A stretch of DNA of 64,000 nt from Squalus acanthias (taxonomy: Eukaryota), in NCBI GenBank assembly GCA_030390025.1, contig JASTWF010000355.1, forward strand, positions 310,001 through 374,000, written 5' to 3'. The notes under the pieces are model-generated. The model did no database searches, was not told the DNA's origin, and saw only the letters and a list, made by a program, of their open reading frames with translations. Shown in pieces: positions 13,250 through 28,200 of this stretch. The position numbers and the translations under genes are program-made. How positions within the stretch are numbered: position 1 is the stretch's first letter; every line of letters begins with the position of its first letter.

Positions 13250-15130
13250 AGGGAAGTGAGTGACCATCGAGAGGGACACCACAGTCACAGATGGAGGCAG
13301 TCTCTGTATACTGCAACTATCCAAGAGTTACCTGGTATTGGAGAGTGTAAGGTGGATAGAGACAGTGACTCAGAGGAGGGTCTTCTTGAGCAACAGTGTG
13401 GCACTAGTGAGCAGGAGGCCACTCAGCGGAGCGAGAGTGAGAGGCAGGTGGGGCACAGGAATAGGAGAGCCGTACTGGTGGCAGATTCTATAGTCGGTGG
13501 AATAAACAACCACATCTGCAGCTCTGAGGAGGTCCTGAATGGTTAGTTGCTTCCCTGGTGCCAGTGGGAAGAACATCCTTGATCGGCTGGGACCACCTCT
13601 GGGAAGGAAAGGAGAGCAGAAAATAGTAATTGTCGGAGCCACTAACACGGATAGAAATGCGTTTATAGAGGGACTATTAAGATGAAAGGCACTAAACTAA
13701 GAAACCAGGACTCAAGCTGTTGATCTCCGGATTCATTTTCACTGGGCTGCTTAAGGCGGGAAATATGACGCTGGTCAATTTGCGGCTGAGGGCTAAAGCA
13801 GGAGGGGAGCGTCCATGTTCTTGGGGCACCACATTGAGTTCAGTTGGAAGGGAAGGGACGACGGCCATCTGTACCGACCAACAATAATGTTTTTACAGAA
13901 AAGGTGAATGGAGCAGTGGGAGGGTATCAAGGGATGCGACTGGAGTTTGGGAAATATCTGGATCTGAGACGAGAAAGCGGAATTAATACAAATGCTGGAG
14001 TTGAAAAAGAAGTTTTAAGAAATAGTGAAAAGTTATTGGCAAGAAAAAGGAAGGAGGATTTGAAGTAGTGAGAGATAAAATTGTGTCTTTAAAAAGAAGA
14101 AACGGGGACAAGTCAGCATTTCAAACGTTGGAGTTAGTATTGAGTGTTGTGTATGTGAAATCATTCCAAACAGTCAGAAGCATGAGAGATGTGATCTAGT
14201 ATCGACAAGACAGGGCCTTGGTTTTCACAGGACTCAGAGGGAGATGTTTCTGGGGATAACATTTTGAGAGAAGAGCAAAATATTTGTGGCCGCCAGTATC
14301 AATAAAGCGTTCTATGACAACACAAGAAGAACAACAAGAACAAACCGGCCTTTATATAGCGCCTTTAATGTTGAAAAACGTTTCAAGGTGCTTCACCGGA
14401 GTGTTATCAATCAGAATTCGACACTGAGTCACATAAGGAGAGATTAGGACAGGTAAAGTTTAAGGAATGTCTGAAAGGTGGAGAGCGAGAGAGGCGGATG
14501 GGTTTAGAACATACGGGTGTTCCAGGGAGCTATGCTAAGATGGAATCCATATGCACGCAGTTCAGCAATAGGAAGGGAGACAGCACAATTCTCAGTGGGT
14601 TTTGCAGGCCAGCCTGCAGTGGAGGTGAGATAGAGAGTGGACTGGGGAAACTAGTTGTGACGGATGCAATTTTGGGGAGATACAAAATATTTCCTTAACT
14701 TTCTAAAAATTATGGTGGAAGTGAAGATTTGATGTACTAGAGGAGGATGTGGGTCCATAGTTAGAGATCACCGTAGAGAAGGATTTGGATCTGAGTGAAA
14801 TAGCCGAGGTGGAGAAGTCACTGGGCTCAGAAATAATGCACCCCAGACTGCTAAAGGAAGTCAGAGAGGAGATAGGAGGGACTGAGCACAACATCACAAC
14901 CCACGTTTGTTATCAAAAATATACAGTTGAACTGAAGGAGCCCAAGTGATGTTTCTGTTAAATTTTGGAGAGAGGATTAACCTGGTAACCAGAGACCATT
15001 GCGTAGAAACTTCACGGAATCTATTAATCCAGATTGAATCAGCGAGCAATAAGCGATAAAGAGGATGATGAGGGGAGGCTGGAACGGATTAGCTGCAGAA
15101 AAGTCGTATATGACTATTTTACGAACAATG
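13250..15130 (+). mobile_element. Highly decayed CR1 (ORF1 esterase and ORF2 remnants) with an embedded antisense L2-type tail (~14325-14500)
   Basis: AVLVADSIVGG plus a CFPGA-like remnant; KSLG..MHPRLLKEV remnant. Confidence 0.6.
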
Positions 15131-16075
15131 ACGGAAAGGTAAAGACCCTTTGACCCATCCAGAATTTCCCAGGCAATTGCGATACTTTGTCATACTATGT
15201 TCAAGCTATCCCAAACAAAACCATTGGGTGAGGTGAAAAAAAGGTAAAAACACAGGCCAATTTGGGGGATTGAAATACGGGAAATTCCTCTCCGACCAAT
15301 CTAAGCGATTGAAACAAGTCCAGCAGATAAATCTTACACTGAATTCTCGGAAGTGTCTTCCTGTTGTAAGAGGTGATGTCCGCTCTCGCCTGATGGAATT
15401 CACCGAGTCAGTGTCCACCGCCAGAGAATGTATCCTGTTCCAGAGGTCGACTATTCTCTGGTAAAAGAACCACCTCCTGACATCTAACCTCAATCTGGCC
15501 TTGTACAACTTAAAATGGTGACCCCTGGCCCTCCGTAAGCTATGTAATTGGAGCAAACTGTCAAATGGAACACAATCGATTCCCTTCATCATCTTATAAA
15601 CCTCAATCAGATCACCGCTAAGTCTTTGTTACTCTAAAGTGTAGAGTCCAAACTCTTAGCCTATCTTGATAACTAAGTTACTTTATACTGGGAATTAGTC
15701 AAATGTCCCTCCTCTGCAACAGTTTCAAAGCCTCAATATCACCCACCATGTGAGGAGACCAAAACTGGACACAGAAATCCGAGTGAGGCCTTTACCAAGG
15801 TCTTGTACTAGGACAAATTAGGTCGTCTTATACCCAACCGTCCTATGATTGCAGCACAATACCCCCTTTGTTCTTGCTATCGCTACACGGAATTGCTCCT
15901 GTACCTTTAGAGATGTATCCACTAGAATGCCCGGATCTTCTTTTCTCCCCTTTATTTAATGCCATGTAGGGGGTATGACTGTAGAGCATTCGCACTGCCC
16001 ACAGGCATAACACGGCACTTATCAAAGCTAAACATTATTTGCCAGTCATGTGCCCAATCTCCTAACTCGTTAAAT
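15130..16075 (-). mobile_element. CR1 LINE 3' fragment
   Basis: RARGHHFKLYK..RRWFFYQRIVDLWN. Confidence 0.8.
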
Positions 16076-16259
16076 GCAGTTTTGTTGAGATGTGACTATA
16101 CAGGTCAAAGGAATGTCGTACATGCGGTGTATGTGTGTTATCAGAACGTGATTGATAATGTGGCTCACAGGAAGCTTCAGCCGTTTGGTACACGATGAAA
16201 TGAAGCAGTCTCGGTAGAAAGTGGATAATGTGTTTACTTTTCTCCATTTGTGTTCACAG

Positions 16260-16426
16260 ATTCGAACTCTACAATCACTGAGTTCTTGACAAAGTGCGAC
16301 GATTACCAACTGTTCAAGTTGACGAAATTCTACCGGGACAGACTGGAACAGGCGATGGAAAGAGGGGTGGACGGTGTCAGCTCGTTGTTAACATACGAGA
16401 GGCATTTCAGTGGACAAGAACATCGG
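16260..16426 (+). CDS. NLR coding exon 2, first half of death-fold/CARD-like domain
   Basis: Acceptor TTTGTGTTCACAG, donor CGG|GTGAGT; (D)SNSTITEFLTKCDDYQLFKLTKFYRDRLEQAMERGVDGVSSLLTYERHFSGQEHR; phase 1 to 0. Confidence 0.85.
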
Positions 16427-17178
16427 GTGAGTGGGAGGGACAAAGAATAAGTTTGGATTATCCAAACATCACAGAACTGACAGGATAGCAGATCTTAGAA
16501 TCATAGAATGTTACCGAAGAGAAACAGGCCAAATAGGAAAGAAATGGATAAAACTGAAAATATTGTGAATCTGAAACAATGATACGAAGAGGTGAAAATA
16601 CCCAGCCGATCCGTCCCTATCTGTACAAAGGACAGGGGAACGGTTCGGGTATAAGTCTTGTGTGGACTGAAAAAAAAGGGTAACAGTTTTAGTGGGACTG
16701 GGAAAAGGAGAGACGAGAGGCAACAGACAGGGATTAAAGGGAGGGTCATGAGTTTACTGACCTGGAAACTACTTAACGTAAGTTAAGGAGCACAACAATC
16801 TTCTGTGGAGTGAATGAGAGACATTTTCGGAACAAAAACAAAATGTGAAAATGGTTATAATGTATGAGACTGGAACAGGAAAACTAACCCCCAAAAAATG
16901 AGGATTGCAAACCCGACGCTGTGCAGGTTTTTCCTCCCCCTGCAATACCGGGATTCAAATCCAACTTCGGCAGAGACTCAATCCGGGCGGTAGAACCTGT
17001 GGTGGAGCGTCACTCCCCGGGACAGCACTTCAGGAAATTACAGCAAGCAGCCTGTAATGTTCTGTCAGTTACCTGTAATGGAATAGAACTGAATGGAAAT
17101 GATAATCGGGCAGGGTGTGCAATGGACAGTCGACCTGCTACCAACTTTCCATGCTGATAAACTAGGAAATTTACTCTC

Positions 17179-18418
17179 ATCCCAACCTCCTGCTCACTAC
17201 CCATTACCGTTAATGTCCCACCAAGTCCAATCCGAACCTCCTGCTCACTACCCATTACCGTTAGTATCCCACCTAGTCTAATCCCAACCTCCAGCTCACT
17301 GCCCATTACCGTTAATATCCCACCTAGTCTAATCCCAACCTCCTGCTCACTACCCATTACCGTTAATATCCCACCTAGTCTAATCCCAACCTCCAGCTCA
17401 CTGCCCATTACCGTTAATATCCCACCTAGTCTAATCCCAACCTCCTGCTCACTGCCCATTACCGTTAATATCACACCTAGTCTAATCCCAACCTCCTGCT
17501 CACTACCCATTACCGTTAATATCCCACCTAGTCTAATTCCAACCTCCTGCTCACTACCCATTACCGTTAATATCTCAACTAGTGTGATCCCAACATCCTG
17601 CTTACTACCCATTACCCTTAATAACCCACCTAGTCTAATCACAACCATCTGCTCACTGCCCATTACCGTTAATATCCCACCAAGATAATCCTAACCTCCT
17701 GCTCACTACCCATTACCGTTAATATCCCACCAAGTCTACTCCCAATCTGCTGCTCACTACCCATTGCTGCTAATATCCCACCTAGTCAAATCCGAATCTC
17801 CTGCTCACTACCCATTACTGTTAATATCCCACCAAGTCAAATCCGAATCTCCTGCTCACTACCCATTACTGTTAAGATCCCATCGAGTCTATTTCCAACC
17901 TCCTGCTCACTACTCATTACCGTTAATATCCCAACTGGTCTAATCACATCGTCCTGCTCACTACCCATTACTGTTAATATCTCACTTAGTCTAATCCCAA
18001 CCTCCTGCTCACTGCCCATTACTGTTAATATCCCACCTAGTCTAATTCCAACCACCTGCTCACTACTCATTACCGTTAATATCCCACCTAGTCTAATCAC
18101 ATCCTCCTGCTCACTACCCATTACCGTTAATATCTCAGCTAGTCAAATCCCAACCTCCTGCTCACCACCCATTAACGTTAATCTCCCACCAATATAATCC
18201 TAACCTCCTGCTCACCACATATTACTGTTAATATCCCACCAATCTAATCCCAACCTCCTGCTCACTATCTATTACCGTTAAGATCCCATCGAGTCTAATT
18301 CCAACCTCCTGCTCTCTAACCATTACCGTTAATATCCCACCTACTGTAATCCCAACCTCCTGCTCACTACCCATTACCGTTAATATCCCACCTAGTCTAA
18401 TTCCAACCTCCTGCTGAC
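17179..18418. repeat. Minisatellite, 51-bp unit, ~24 copies
   Basis: AATCCCAACCTCCTGCTCACTACCCATTACCGTTAATATCCCACCTAGTCT; 17-aa periodic ORF on the minus strand. Confidence 0.97.
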
Positions 18419-19274
18419 CGCATTATGGTTAGTATACAATTAGTCCAGGTTTAATCCTCTCTTCACTCCCCATACTCCAGCATTCCTTTCTATCCACGCA
18501 GCAATAGAAATAGATTTTATCAAAAAAATGTCGACTTGCTTCCACAATAGTCTGTGATTGAATTATGTTTTCTAACCACCTCGTGTGTAAATTATTTTAT
18601 CAACCATCACCCCAATTCTTCGAATCAGTCTAAATATGTGCCCTCTGGGCAATCTGTGGACACTATCAGTAACTATTTATTTGATCATAACTCTTCAGAA
18701 TCCGAAGACTTGCAGCAACTTCTCACTTAATCTGCTCACCTCCAGTCGAATGAGCCCAATGTTCTGAACTCGCAGTCTCTAACAGTAACTCACATCCCTG
18801 CGAACATCCCTGTGCAATTGCACGCACGTTTTTCCATTGCTGTTACATCCTATAAATGGAGTGTCTAAACCTGTATAGAACTGGGTAAATTACCAGCCCC
18901 TGTGCTCTTGGTATGGAACGTCACTTCCAAGGGGGGAACCTCAGTAAATTGAGATTACTCAGTCTGTAAATTTCTATCCGCTCACTTTAATGGTTTGGTT
19001 TCTGTACCATTTTCTTCACGGAGTGACTGACTGGGGGATGACATAGTTTTAGTTTAATATTTTTGCAAGATGCCAGATTCTGGGGTAGAAATAACGGTGG
19101 GGCTAACAGCGCTCACTGTTATTAAAGTGTAAATTGGACAGTAACTTCCAGCGACCGCACATGCGGAGTTAAAAAGGAAAATCGGGAATGTCCTGTCCGA
19201 GTTGCCCTGCTGCTCCCAAAGCTGCGCGAGAATGGTATCTCGCCGAGAGACTCGACATTGAAATGCATGGAACG

Positions 19275-22080
19275 CTATGAAGGCCAACATACCATTTGCC
19301 TTCTTCACCGCCTGCTGCACCGACATGCTTACCTTCAGCGATTGGTGCACAAGGACACCCTTGTCTCGTTGCACTTTCCCTTCTCCCAATCTATTGCCAT
19401 TCAGATAATAATCTGCCTTCCTGTTCTTGACACCAAAGTGGATAACCTCGCATTTATCCACGTTATATTGCATCTGCCATGCTTCTGCCCAATCACCAAA
19501 CCTGACCAAATCATACTGGTGTTTCTCGGATCCTCCTCACGGCACACACTCCCACGCAGCTTTGTGTCATCTGCAAATTTAGGGATATTACATCCAATTC
19601 CATCTTCCAGTTCATTAATATATATTGTGAAAAACTGGGGTCCTACGACCGATCCCTGCGGTACCCCACTAGTCACAGCCTGCCATTCGGACAAAGACCC
19701 ATTTATTCCAACTCTTTGCTTTCTGTCTGCCAACCAGTTCTCTATCCAAGTCAATACCTTGCCCCCAATCCCATGTGCCTTAACTTTACACGCTAATCTC
19801 TTATGCGGGATCTTATCGAAAGCCTTCTGAAAGTCCAAATACACCACATCCACTGGTTCTCCCTTATCCATTTTACCAGTTACATCCTCAAAAAATTCCA
19901 GTAGATTAGTCAAGCACGATTTGCCTTTTGTAAATCCATGTTGACTTTGTCCGATCCTGTCACTGTTTACCAAGTGCTCTGCTATTACATTTTTTATAAA
20001 GGACTCTAGCATTTTCCCCACTACCGATGTCAGACTTACTGGTCTATAATTCCCCGTTTACTCTCTACCACCTGTTTTGAGTAGTGGGGTAACATTAGGT
20101 ACCCTCCAATCCATGGGTACTGTTCCTGAGTCTATAGAATTTTGGAAGATGATCAGCAATACATCTACTATTTCTAGGGCCACTTCCTTCAGTACACTAG
20201 GATGTAGATTATCAGGCCCTGGGGATTTATCGGCCTTCAATCCTGTCAATTTCCCTAACATTGTTTCCCTACAAATACTGATTTCTTTCAGTTCCTCCTT
20301 CTCATTAGACCCTATGTTCCCCGACATCTCTGGGAGGTTATTTGTGTCCTCATTTTTGAAGACAGAACCAAAGAATGTATTTAATTGGTCGGCCATTTCT
20401 TTGTTCCCCATTATAAATTCCCCTGATTCTGACTGCAAGCGACCTACGCTTGACTTCACCAATCTTTTTGTCTTCACATATCTATGAAAGCTTTTACAGT
20501 CAGTTTTTATGTTCCCTGCAAGCTTATTCTCATACTCTATTTTCCCCCTCTTAATTAATCCCTTTGTCCTTCTTTGCTGAATCCTATACTGAACCAATCC
20601 TCAGGTTTTCTGCTTTTTCTGGCCAATTTATATGTCCTTTCCTTGGATCTTATACTATCCCTAATTTCCTTTGTTAGCCACGGTTGAGTCACCTTTTTTG
20701 TTTTATTTTATGCAAAACTGGGATGAACAAATTCTGTAGTTCATTCATGCGGTCTTTGAATGTTTGCCATTGCCTCTCCACCGTCAAACCTTTGAGTGAC
20801 ATTCCCCAGTCAATCCTACCCAACTCGCGCCTCATACCATCGTAGTTTCCTTTATTTAAATTCAGGATCCTAGTCTCTGAGTCAACTACTTCACTCTCCA
20901 TCTTAATGAAGAATTCGATCATATTATGATCGCTCCGACCCAAGGGCCTCGCACTAAAAAATTGCTAATTAATCCGTTCTCATTACATAATACCCAGTCT
21001 AAGAAGGCATGGACATATTGGTCCAGGAAAACATCCCGTATACACTCCAGAAATTCCTCCTCCACATTATTGTTACTAATTTGTTTAGCCTAATCTATAT
21101 GTAGATTAAAGTCGCCCATGATAACTGCTGTGCTCTTATTGCACGCTTCACTAATTTCCCTTTTAATGCCATCCCCAACCTACGTATTTCTGTTTGGGGG
21201 TCTATACACCACTCCCACTAGCGTTTTCAGCCCCTTGGTATATCTCAGTTCTACCCATACAGATTCCACAACATCAGAGCTAATATCTTTCCTTACAATT
21301 GTGTTAATCCCCTCTTTAACCAGCAATGCTTCCCCATCTCCTTTTCCTTTTTGTCTATCTTTCCTGAATATTGAATACCACTGTATGTTGAGTTCCCAGC
21401 CTTGGTCACCCTGAAGCCATGTTTCCGTAATCCCAATCATATCATCTTTGTTTACCTCTATTTGCGCAGCTAATTCATCCACATTATTACGAATGCTCCT
21501 CGCATTAAGACAAAAAGCCTTCAGGCTTGTTTTTTTAAAGCTCTTAGACCTTTTAGAATTTGTTTTTAATGTGGCCACATTTGAATTAAACACTTGATTT
21601 CTCTGACTGACATCTTTGTTTTTTTCCTTCCTGACTTTTGCTTCTATTCTTGCTTCCCTTTCCTCTGTCTCCCTGCTCAGGTTCCCAACTCCCTGCCATT
21701 TTAGTTTAAACCCTCCCCCAGAGCACTAGCAAACACTCCCCCAGGGACATTGGTCCCGTTCCTGCCCAGGTGCAAACCGTCCGATTTGTACTGGTCCCAC
21801 CTCCCCCAGAACCGTTTCCAATGTCACAGGAATTTGAATCCATCCCCCTTGCACCATTCCTCTAGCCACGTATTCATCTGAAATATCCTTCTATTTCTAC
21901 TCTGACTAGCACGTGGCACTGGTAGCAATCCTGAGATTACTACCTTTGAGGTCCTATTTTTTAATTTATCTCCTAACTCCCTATATTCAGCTTTTAGGAC
22001 CTCATCCCGTTTTTTACCTATATCGTTGGTACCTATATGCACCACGACAACTGGCTGTTCACCCTCCCCTTCCAAAATGT
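19275..22080 (-). mobile_element. CR1 LINE, ORF1 esterase end plus frameshifted ORF2 (APE-RT)
   Basis: [54 protein letters not shown]. Confidence 0.93.
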
Positions 22081-22116
22081 ACCTTTGCTTTCTGTCTCTT
22101 TTTTCGCTCCCTCTGA

Positions 22117-22505
22117 TCATAAGATAAGAAATATTAGCAGGAGTAGGCCATTTATCCCTTCGAGTCTGCTCTGCCATTCAGTAAGTTCATGGCTGATCTT
22201 CTGTCTCATCTCCCCTTTCCAGCAGTATCCCCATATCCCTTGATTCTCTTAACTTTCAAAAATCTATCGATCTCAGTCTTGAATACACTCAACAACTGAG
22301 CCTCCACAGCCCACTGGGGTAGAGAATGCCAAAGATTCACCACCCTCTAAGTGAAGAAATTTCTCCTTACCACAGTCCTAAATGGCCAACCCGTTTTTCT
22401 GAGACTGTGACCCCTGGTTGCATACTCCCCAGCCAGGGGAAGCATCCTCCCTGCATCTACCCTGTCAATCCCTTTAAGAAATGTGTATGTTTCAGTGAGA
22501 TGCAT
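22117..22505 (-). mobile_element. CR1 3' end fragment
   Basis: CATAAGA-type tail and AGCAGGAGTAGGCCAT terminus shared with other CR1 copies. Confidence 0.8.
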
Positions 22506-22699
22506 TCTGAATCCAATCTTTCTTTCCCTCTCTTTATTTCACTTTCTGCATGTGATTTGACATTGCATTCTATATTCTAACGAAGACTTCCTGGTTCAGA
22601 CTTTGCGTAAGGATTCTTCATGCTGATTGTTTAAGGAAACATACAGTCGCTTCTCCTATTCCCTCTGTAGAGGGCGCTGGGCGTTTTGGCTCTAATTTA

Positions 22700-24530
22700 C
22701 ACTGACGATGAAGGAACGGTGACATATGTTCAAGTCAGGATCGGATGTTATTTGAAGTGGAACTTGGAGGTGGTAGTGTTTCCATGCGGATGCTGCTCTT
22801 GTCCTTCTCGGTGGCAGAGGGCGCGGCTTTGAGAGGTGCTGTCAAATAAGCCTTGGCGAACTGTTGCAGTTCTTTCTGTAAATAGCACACACTGCAGCGA
22901 TGGTGCACCGTTGGTGGAGGGATTGGATGTTTCAGGTGGTGGGTGGGCTGCCGATGAAGTGTATTTCTCTGTCCTGGATTGCGTGGAGCTCCTTGAGAGA
23001 TGTTGCAGCTGCACCTATCCAGGCTAGTGGAGAGTTTTACATCAAACGCCGCAGTTGTACTTTATAGGTGCAGGAGAAGCTCCGGGATGGCCAGGAGTTG
23101 AGCCGCTCACCACAGAATACCAAGCCTCTTACCTGCTCTAGCAGCCACGAGTTTTTTTTGTGGCTAGTCAATGGTAGGGATTTGACGATGGCAATGCCAG
23201 TGAATGAGAAACGGACATGGTTGGACTCTCTTGTGGGTGATGGGCATTGCATGACACTTGTGGTGCGCGAATGTTACTTGCAACATATCCGCCCAAGCCT
23301 AGATTTTGTCCAGGACTGGCTGCATGCGGGCATGGACCGCTTCATTATCTGACGAATTTAAAATGGAGCTGAACACTGCAAACATCAAAGAACATCCCCA
23401 CTCCTGGCTTTATGATGGAGAGAAGGTAATTCGCGAAGCAGCTGAAGTGGTTAGTCCGAAGACTCTGCCCCGAGGAACTCCTGCCGTGATGTCCTGGTGC
23501 TGAGACGATTCGCCTCCAACAAACACACTCCATGGTGCCACACACGTCGAACACTGCCTTGGTGTCAAGCACAGTCACTGTCACCTCACAGCTGGAATTC
23601 AGTTCTTTGGTCCTTGTTTGGAGTCGATTGGTCCTGGTGGAACTCAAATTCAGCCTCGGTGAGCAACTTATTTGTGATTAAGTGCTGCTTGATAGCAGTG
23701 TTGATAACTCCTTCCAACACTGTGTTGATGATTGAGAGCAGGCTGATAGGGCGGTAATTGATCCGGTTGGATTGGTCCTGCTCTTTGTGGACAGGAGATA
23801 CCTGGACAATTCTCTACATTGTCGGTCAGATTCCAGTGCTGTGGATGTACTGGAACAACTTTACTAGATGTGCGGTTAGTTCCAGAGCACAGATCTTCAA
23901 CACCACAGCCAGAATTTTGACTGGAACTTTAACATTTGCTGTGCCCAGTGCATTCATTTGTTTCTTGATATCGAAATACGGGGGAACTAGGCACTAAATC
24001 TCACACCTACTGTACATTCTGGATCTTTTGTCACCTTTAGTGCTTCCTCCAAGTTGTGATCAAAATGGAGGAGTACTGATTCATCGGCTGAGGAAGGGCA
24101 GAAGGTGGTAATCAGCAGAAGGTTTCCTTGCCGATGTTTGACCTGAACCCATGAGACTTCATAGGCACCGGAGTCAATGTTACTGATTCCCAGGACACTT
24201 GCACCTGAGGGTATATCACTGTGCCCAACCGCTTGTGGTTCTGTCCTCCTACTGGGAAAGGAATTACCGATGAATGCCGATGGAGGTGCCTGGGACGTTG
24301 GCTAATAAATATGATTTTATAAGTATCACTACGTCACACAGTTGCTTGACTAATGCATGTTCCACTTCTCCCTACTTTGACACCAGTCCCCAGGTGTTAG
24401 TGAGGGGGGCTTTGCAGGGTTGACTGGGCTGGGTGTTCCTTCGCCGTGTCCGTATCCAATTCCGAAGCCGAGCGGTCCGTCCGGTTTTATTCTTCGGTAC
24501 CCTTCTTTTGAGATGCTTTCTAGGCCATTT
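22700..24530 (-). mobile_element. Decayed LINE of a second family (CR1/L2 group)
   Basis: Colinear with 30840-31875 and 38795-39230; RT remnants such as LDTKAVFD. Confidence 0.7.
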
Positions 24531-25271
24531 CAGAGGCCATCACATTGGTAAAGGACTGTCACGTATAGGCAAGACGAAAGGACATTAAGTTTTCCGACAA
24601 CTTTATTAAAATTTGCTTTTTATTTCGAAAAGTTCTTAATTCGAATTTGAATTCAAATTCATGAAACCATCACGATGATATTTGAACCGTTATAGGAACA
24701 TAAGAACATAATAAATAGGAGCAGGAGTAGGCCAATCGGCCCCTCGAGCCCGCTCCGCCATTCAATAAGATCATGGCTGATCTGATCCTAACATCAAATC
24801 TAAAGAACACAAGAAGTTAGAGCAGGACCCGGCCAATCAGCCCCTGGGCCCGCTCCGCCACACACAGGGCCCTGACCGATCTGAACTCAGCCTCATGTCC
24901 AATTTCCTGCCCGCTCCCCGTAACCCCTATTTCCCTTTACCTCTAGGAAACTATCTATTTCTGTTTAAAATTTATTTCTGGATTACTCGTCCAGTAACAT
25001 AACCAACAGGCTATCGTTCTCGCCGTTTCGTCATCTCTCTGTCCATTGTCTGATTGCACCTCTGTGAAGTGCCATTCGACGTTTTCTTTTTTGCATTAAA
25101 GGTGTGATATAAATGTAAGTTTTGATGATGAAAGTCCTGACTGCACCAACCCCATTGCTGGATAAATGTTCGCGGTTACCGAGGTTTCATACCGGCAGCG
25201 GATAGGCAAAATAACGGGTGCAGACATTTCAATTACCGGTGGAAAAACTGATTAGATTTTTATCATTATTT

Positions 25272-28200
25272 TTAAGAACATAAGAACATAAGAAATAGGA
25301 GCAGGAGTCGGCCATCTGGTCCTTCGAGCCTGCTCCGCCATTCAATGTGATCAGGGCTGATCTTCTGCCTATCGCCATATCCCTTGATGCGTTTACTAGT
25401 CAGAAATCTATCGACTTCTGTTTTGAATATACCCAATGACTGAGCCTCCACAGCCCTCTGGGGTAGAGAATTCCAAAGATTCACCACCCTCTGTGAGAAG
25501 AAATTTCTTCTCATCTCAGTCCTGAATGACCTACCCTTTATCCTGAGGCTCTGGCCGTTGGCTCTAGACGCCCCAACCAAGGGAAATATTCTCCCGGAAT
25601 CCACCCCATCAAGCCCTGTAATAATTTTGTATGTTCAATGAGATCCCTTCTCATACTTTTGAATTCAAGCGAATACCGGCCGAGTTTACTGAATCTCTTC
25701 TCATACGACAGACCCGCCATCCCAGGACTCAATCTTGTGAACCTGCGCTGCACTCCCTCTGTGGCAAGTTTGTCCTTCCTTAGGTAAGGAGACCAAAATT
25801 GTACATAGTACTCCAGGTGCGGTCTCACCAAGGACCTATATAATTGGAGTAAGACTTCTTTACTCCTGTACTCAAATCCTCTTGTAATGAAGGCCAGCAT
25901 ACCATTTTCCTTCCTAATGGCTTGCTGCACCTGCACATTCACTTTGTGACTCATGTACAAGGACACCCAGGACCCTTTGAGCATCTGCATTTCCCAATCT
26001 TTCACCATTTAGTAAATACTCTGCCTTTCTGTTTTTTCTACCAAAGTGGATAACTTTACATTTATCCACTTTATAATCCATCTGCTATGTTGTCGCCCAC
26101 TCACTGAGCCTGTCGAGATCCCCTTGAACCCTCTTCACATCCTCTTCACAACTGCCACTGCCACCTAGCTTTGTATCATCAGCAAATTTGTAAATGTTAC
26201 ATTTAGTACCCTCATCCAAATCATTGATATCGATTGTGAATAGCTGGGGCCCAAGCACCGATCCTTGCGGTACCCCATCCTGAAAAAGACCCGTTTTTCC
26301 CTACACTTTGTTTTCTGTCTCTTAACCAAATCTCAATCTGTGCAGATATTTTACCCTCAATTCTATGTGCCCTAATTTTGTTCAGCAACCTCTTGTGTGG
26401 GATCTTATCGAAGGCCTTCTGAAAATCCAGATACTCCATATCAACGGTTCCCCTTTGTCTACTCCACTAGTTACATCCTCAAAGAACTCCAATAGGTTTC
26501 TCAAACAGGATTTCATTTTCTTAAATCCATGTTGACTCTGCCCAAACTTGCTATTTGTTTCTAAGTGCCCAGTTATTGTTATCTTTATAATAGATTCCAG
26601 CATTTTCACATCTACTGCTGTGAGGCTAACAGGTTTGTAGTTACCCGTTTTCTCTCTCCCTCCTTTTTTCAATAGCGGTGTTACATTTGCTATCCTCCAA
26701 TCTGCAGGAACCGTTCCAGAATCTATACAATTTTGGAAGATGACAACCAATACATCCACTATCCCAATGGCCACCTCTTTCAAAACTCTAGGATGTAGGT
26801 CATTCGGTCCTTGGGATTTATCGACTTTTAGTCCCATTAATTTTGCCAGTACTGTTTTCTTTTACTAATAATTTCTTTAAGTTCCTCATTCTCGCCATTC
26901 CCTTTGATTTCTCGTATTTCTGGGAGGATTTTTGTGTCTTCCTCCCTACTAGATTTGCTGACTACTTTTCCAACTTTCACTTCCAGCTTTGTTTCTCTCC
27001 GTTTTGGGCCCACACTTAGGTTCCCAGCTCACTGACAAACTAGTTTAAATCCTTCCCAACAGCACTAGCAAAACCCCCTGCGAGGATATTGGTCCCGGTT
27101 CTGCCGAGGTGTAACCCTTCCAGCTTGTATAGGTCCCACCTTCCCCAGAACCGTTCCCAATGCCTCAGGAATTTAAATCCCTGCTTCCTACATCATCTCT
27201 CCAGCCACGCATTAATCTGATCTATTCTCCTAGTTCTGCTCTCGCTAGCACGTGGCACTGGGAGTAATCCTGAGATTACTATCTTTGTGATCCTGCTATT
27301 TAATTTATTTCCTAGCTCCCTATATTCTGCTTGCAAGACGTCGTCCCTCTTTCTACCTGTATCGTTGGTACCGATATGGACCACGACCTCTGGCTGTTCA
27401 CCCTACCCCTTCAGAATGGCCTGCAGCCGCTCAGTGACATCCTTGACCCTGGCACCAGGGAGGCAACATACCATCCTGGAGTCACGTCTGCGTCTACAGA
27501 AACGTCTATCTGTTCCCCTTACGATAGAATCCCCTACCACTATTGCTCTCCCACTCTTTTTCCTCCACTCCTGTGCAGCTGAGACTCTCGTATTGCCATG
27601 GACTTGGCTCTTGCTGCATTCCCCTGAGAAACCTTCTCCCCCAGCAGTATCCAAAACGGAAAAACTGTTGGAGAGGGAGATGTACCCAGGGGAATCCTGC
27701 ACTAGCTTCCTAGTTTTTTTACTATGTTTGGCAGTCACCCATTCCCTGTCTGCCTGTGCACACTTTACCTGCGGTGTGACCACCTCGTTAAACGTGCTAT
27801 CCACGTAGATCTCAGCCTCGCGGATGCTCCACTGTAACTGTAGCCGCAGCTCCAGATCCGAAATGCGGATTTCGAGTAGCTGCAGCTGGAGACACTTCCT
27901 GCACATGTGTTCGCCCTGAAAGTGTCCCTGACTTCCCACATGGTATAGGAGGAGCAGTCCACGCTGCCGAGCTGCCCTGCCATGTCTTACCCTTAATTTA
28001 CTCCCTTTACATCCTCTAAATTAAGGAATATTACATACAATAGGGACCTTACGTCACTTTAAACACAACTTACTCTAAACTAGAGACTTTACTTTGACTT
28101 TAACGGCTGGACTGCAGAAATACTCAACAGGTCCTACTTACCAATCAGCTCCTTCCCTGGTTGTGACGTCACTTTAGCGGTTTTGCAGTTGTTGATTCTC

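Noticed and set aside
13085..13546. 153-aa ORF as a single-exon gene
   Set aside because: Only the first 64 nt look exonic; the rest runs through a donor site into decayed CR1 ORF1
16945..16965. B-box-like GGGATTCAAATCC suggesting a tRNA or SINE
   Set aside because: No convincing A-box or cloverleaf nearby
17010..18121. 217-aa and 94-aa repeat-protein ORFs
   Set aside because: Product of the 51-bp unit being a multiple of three; no splice or start support
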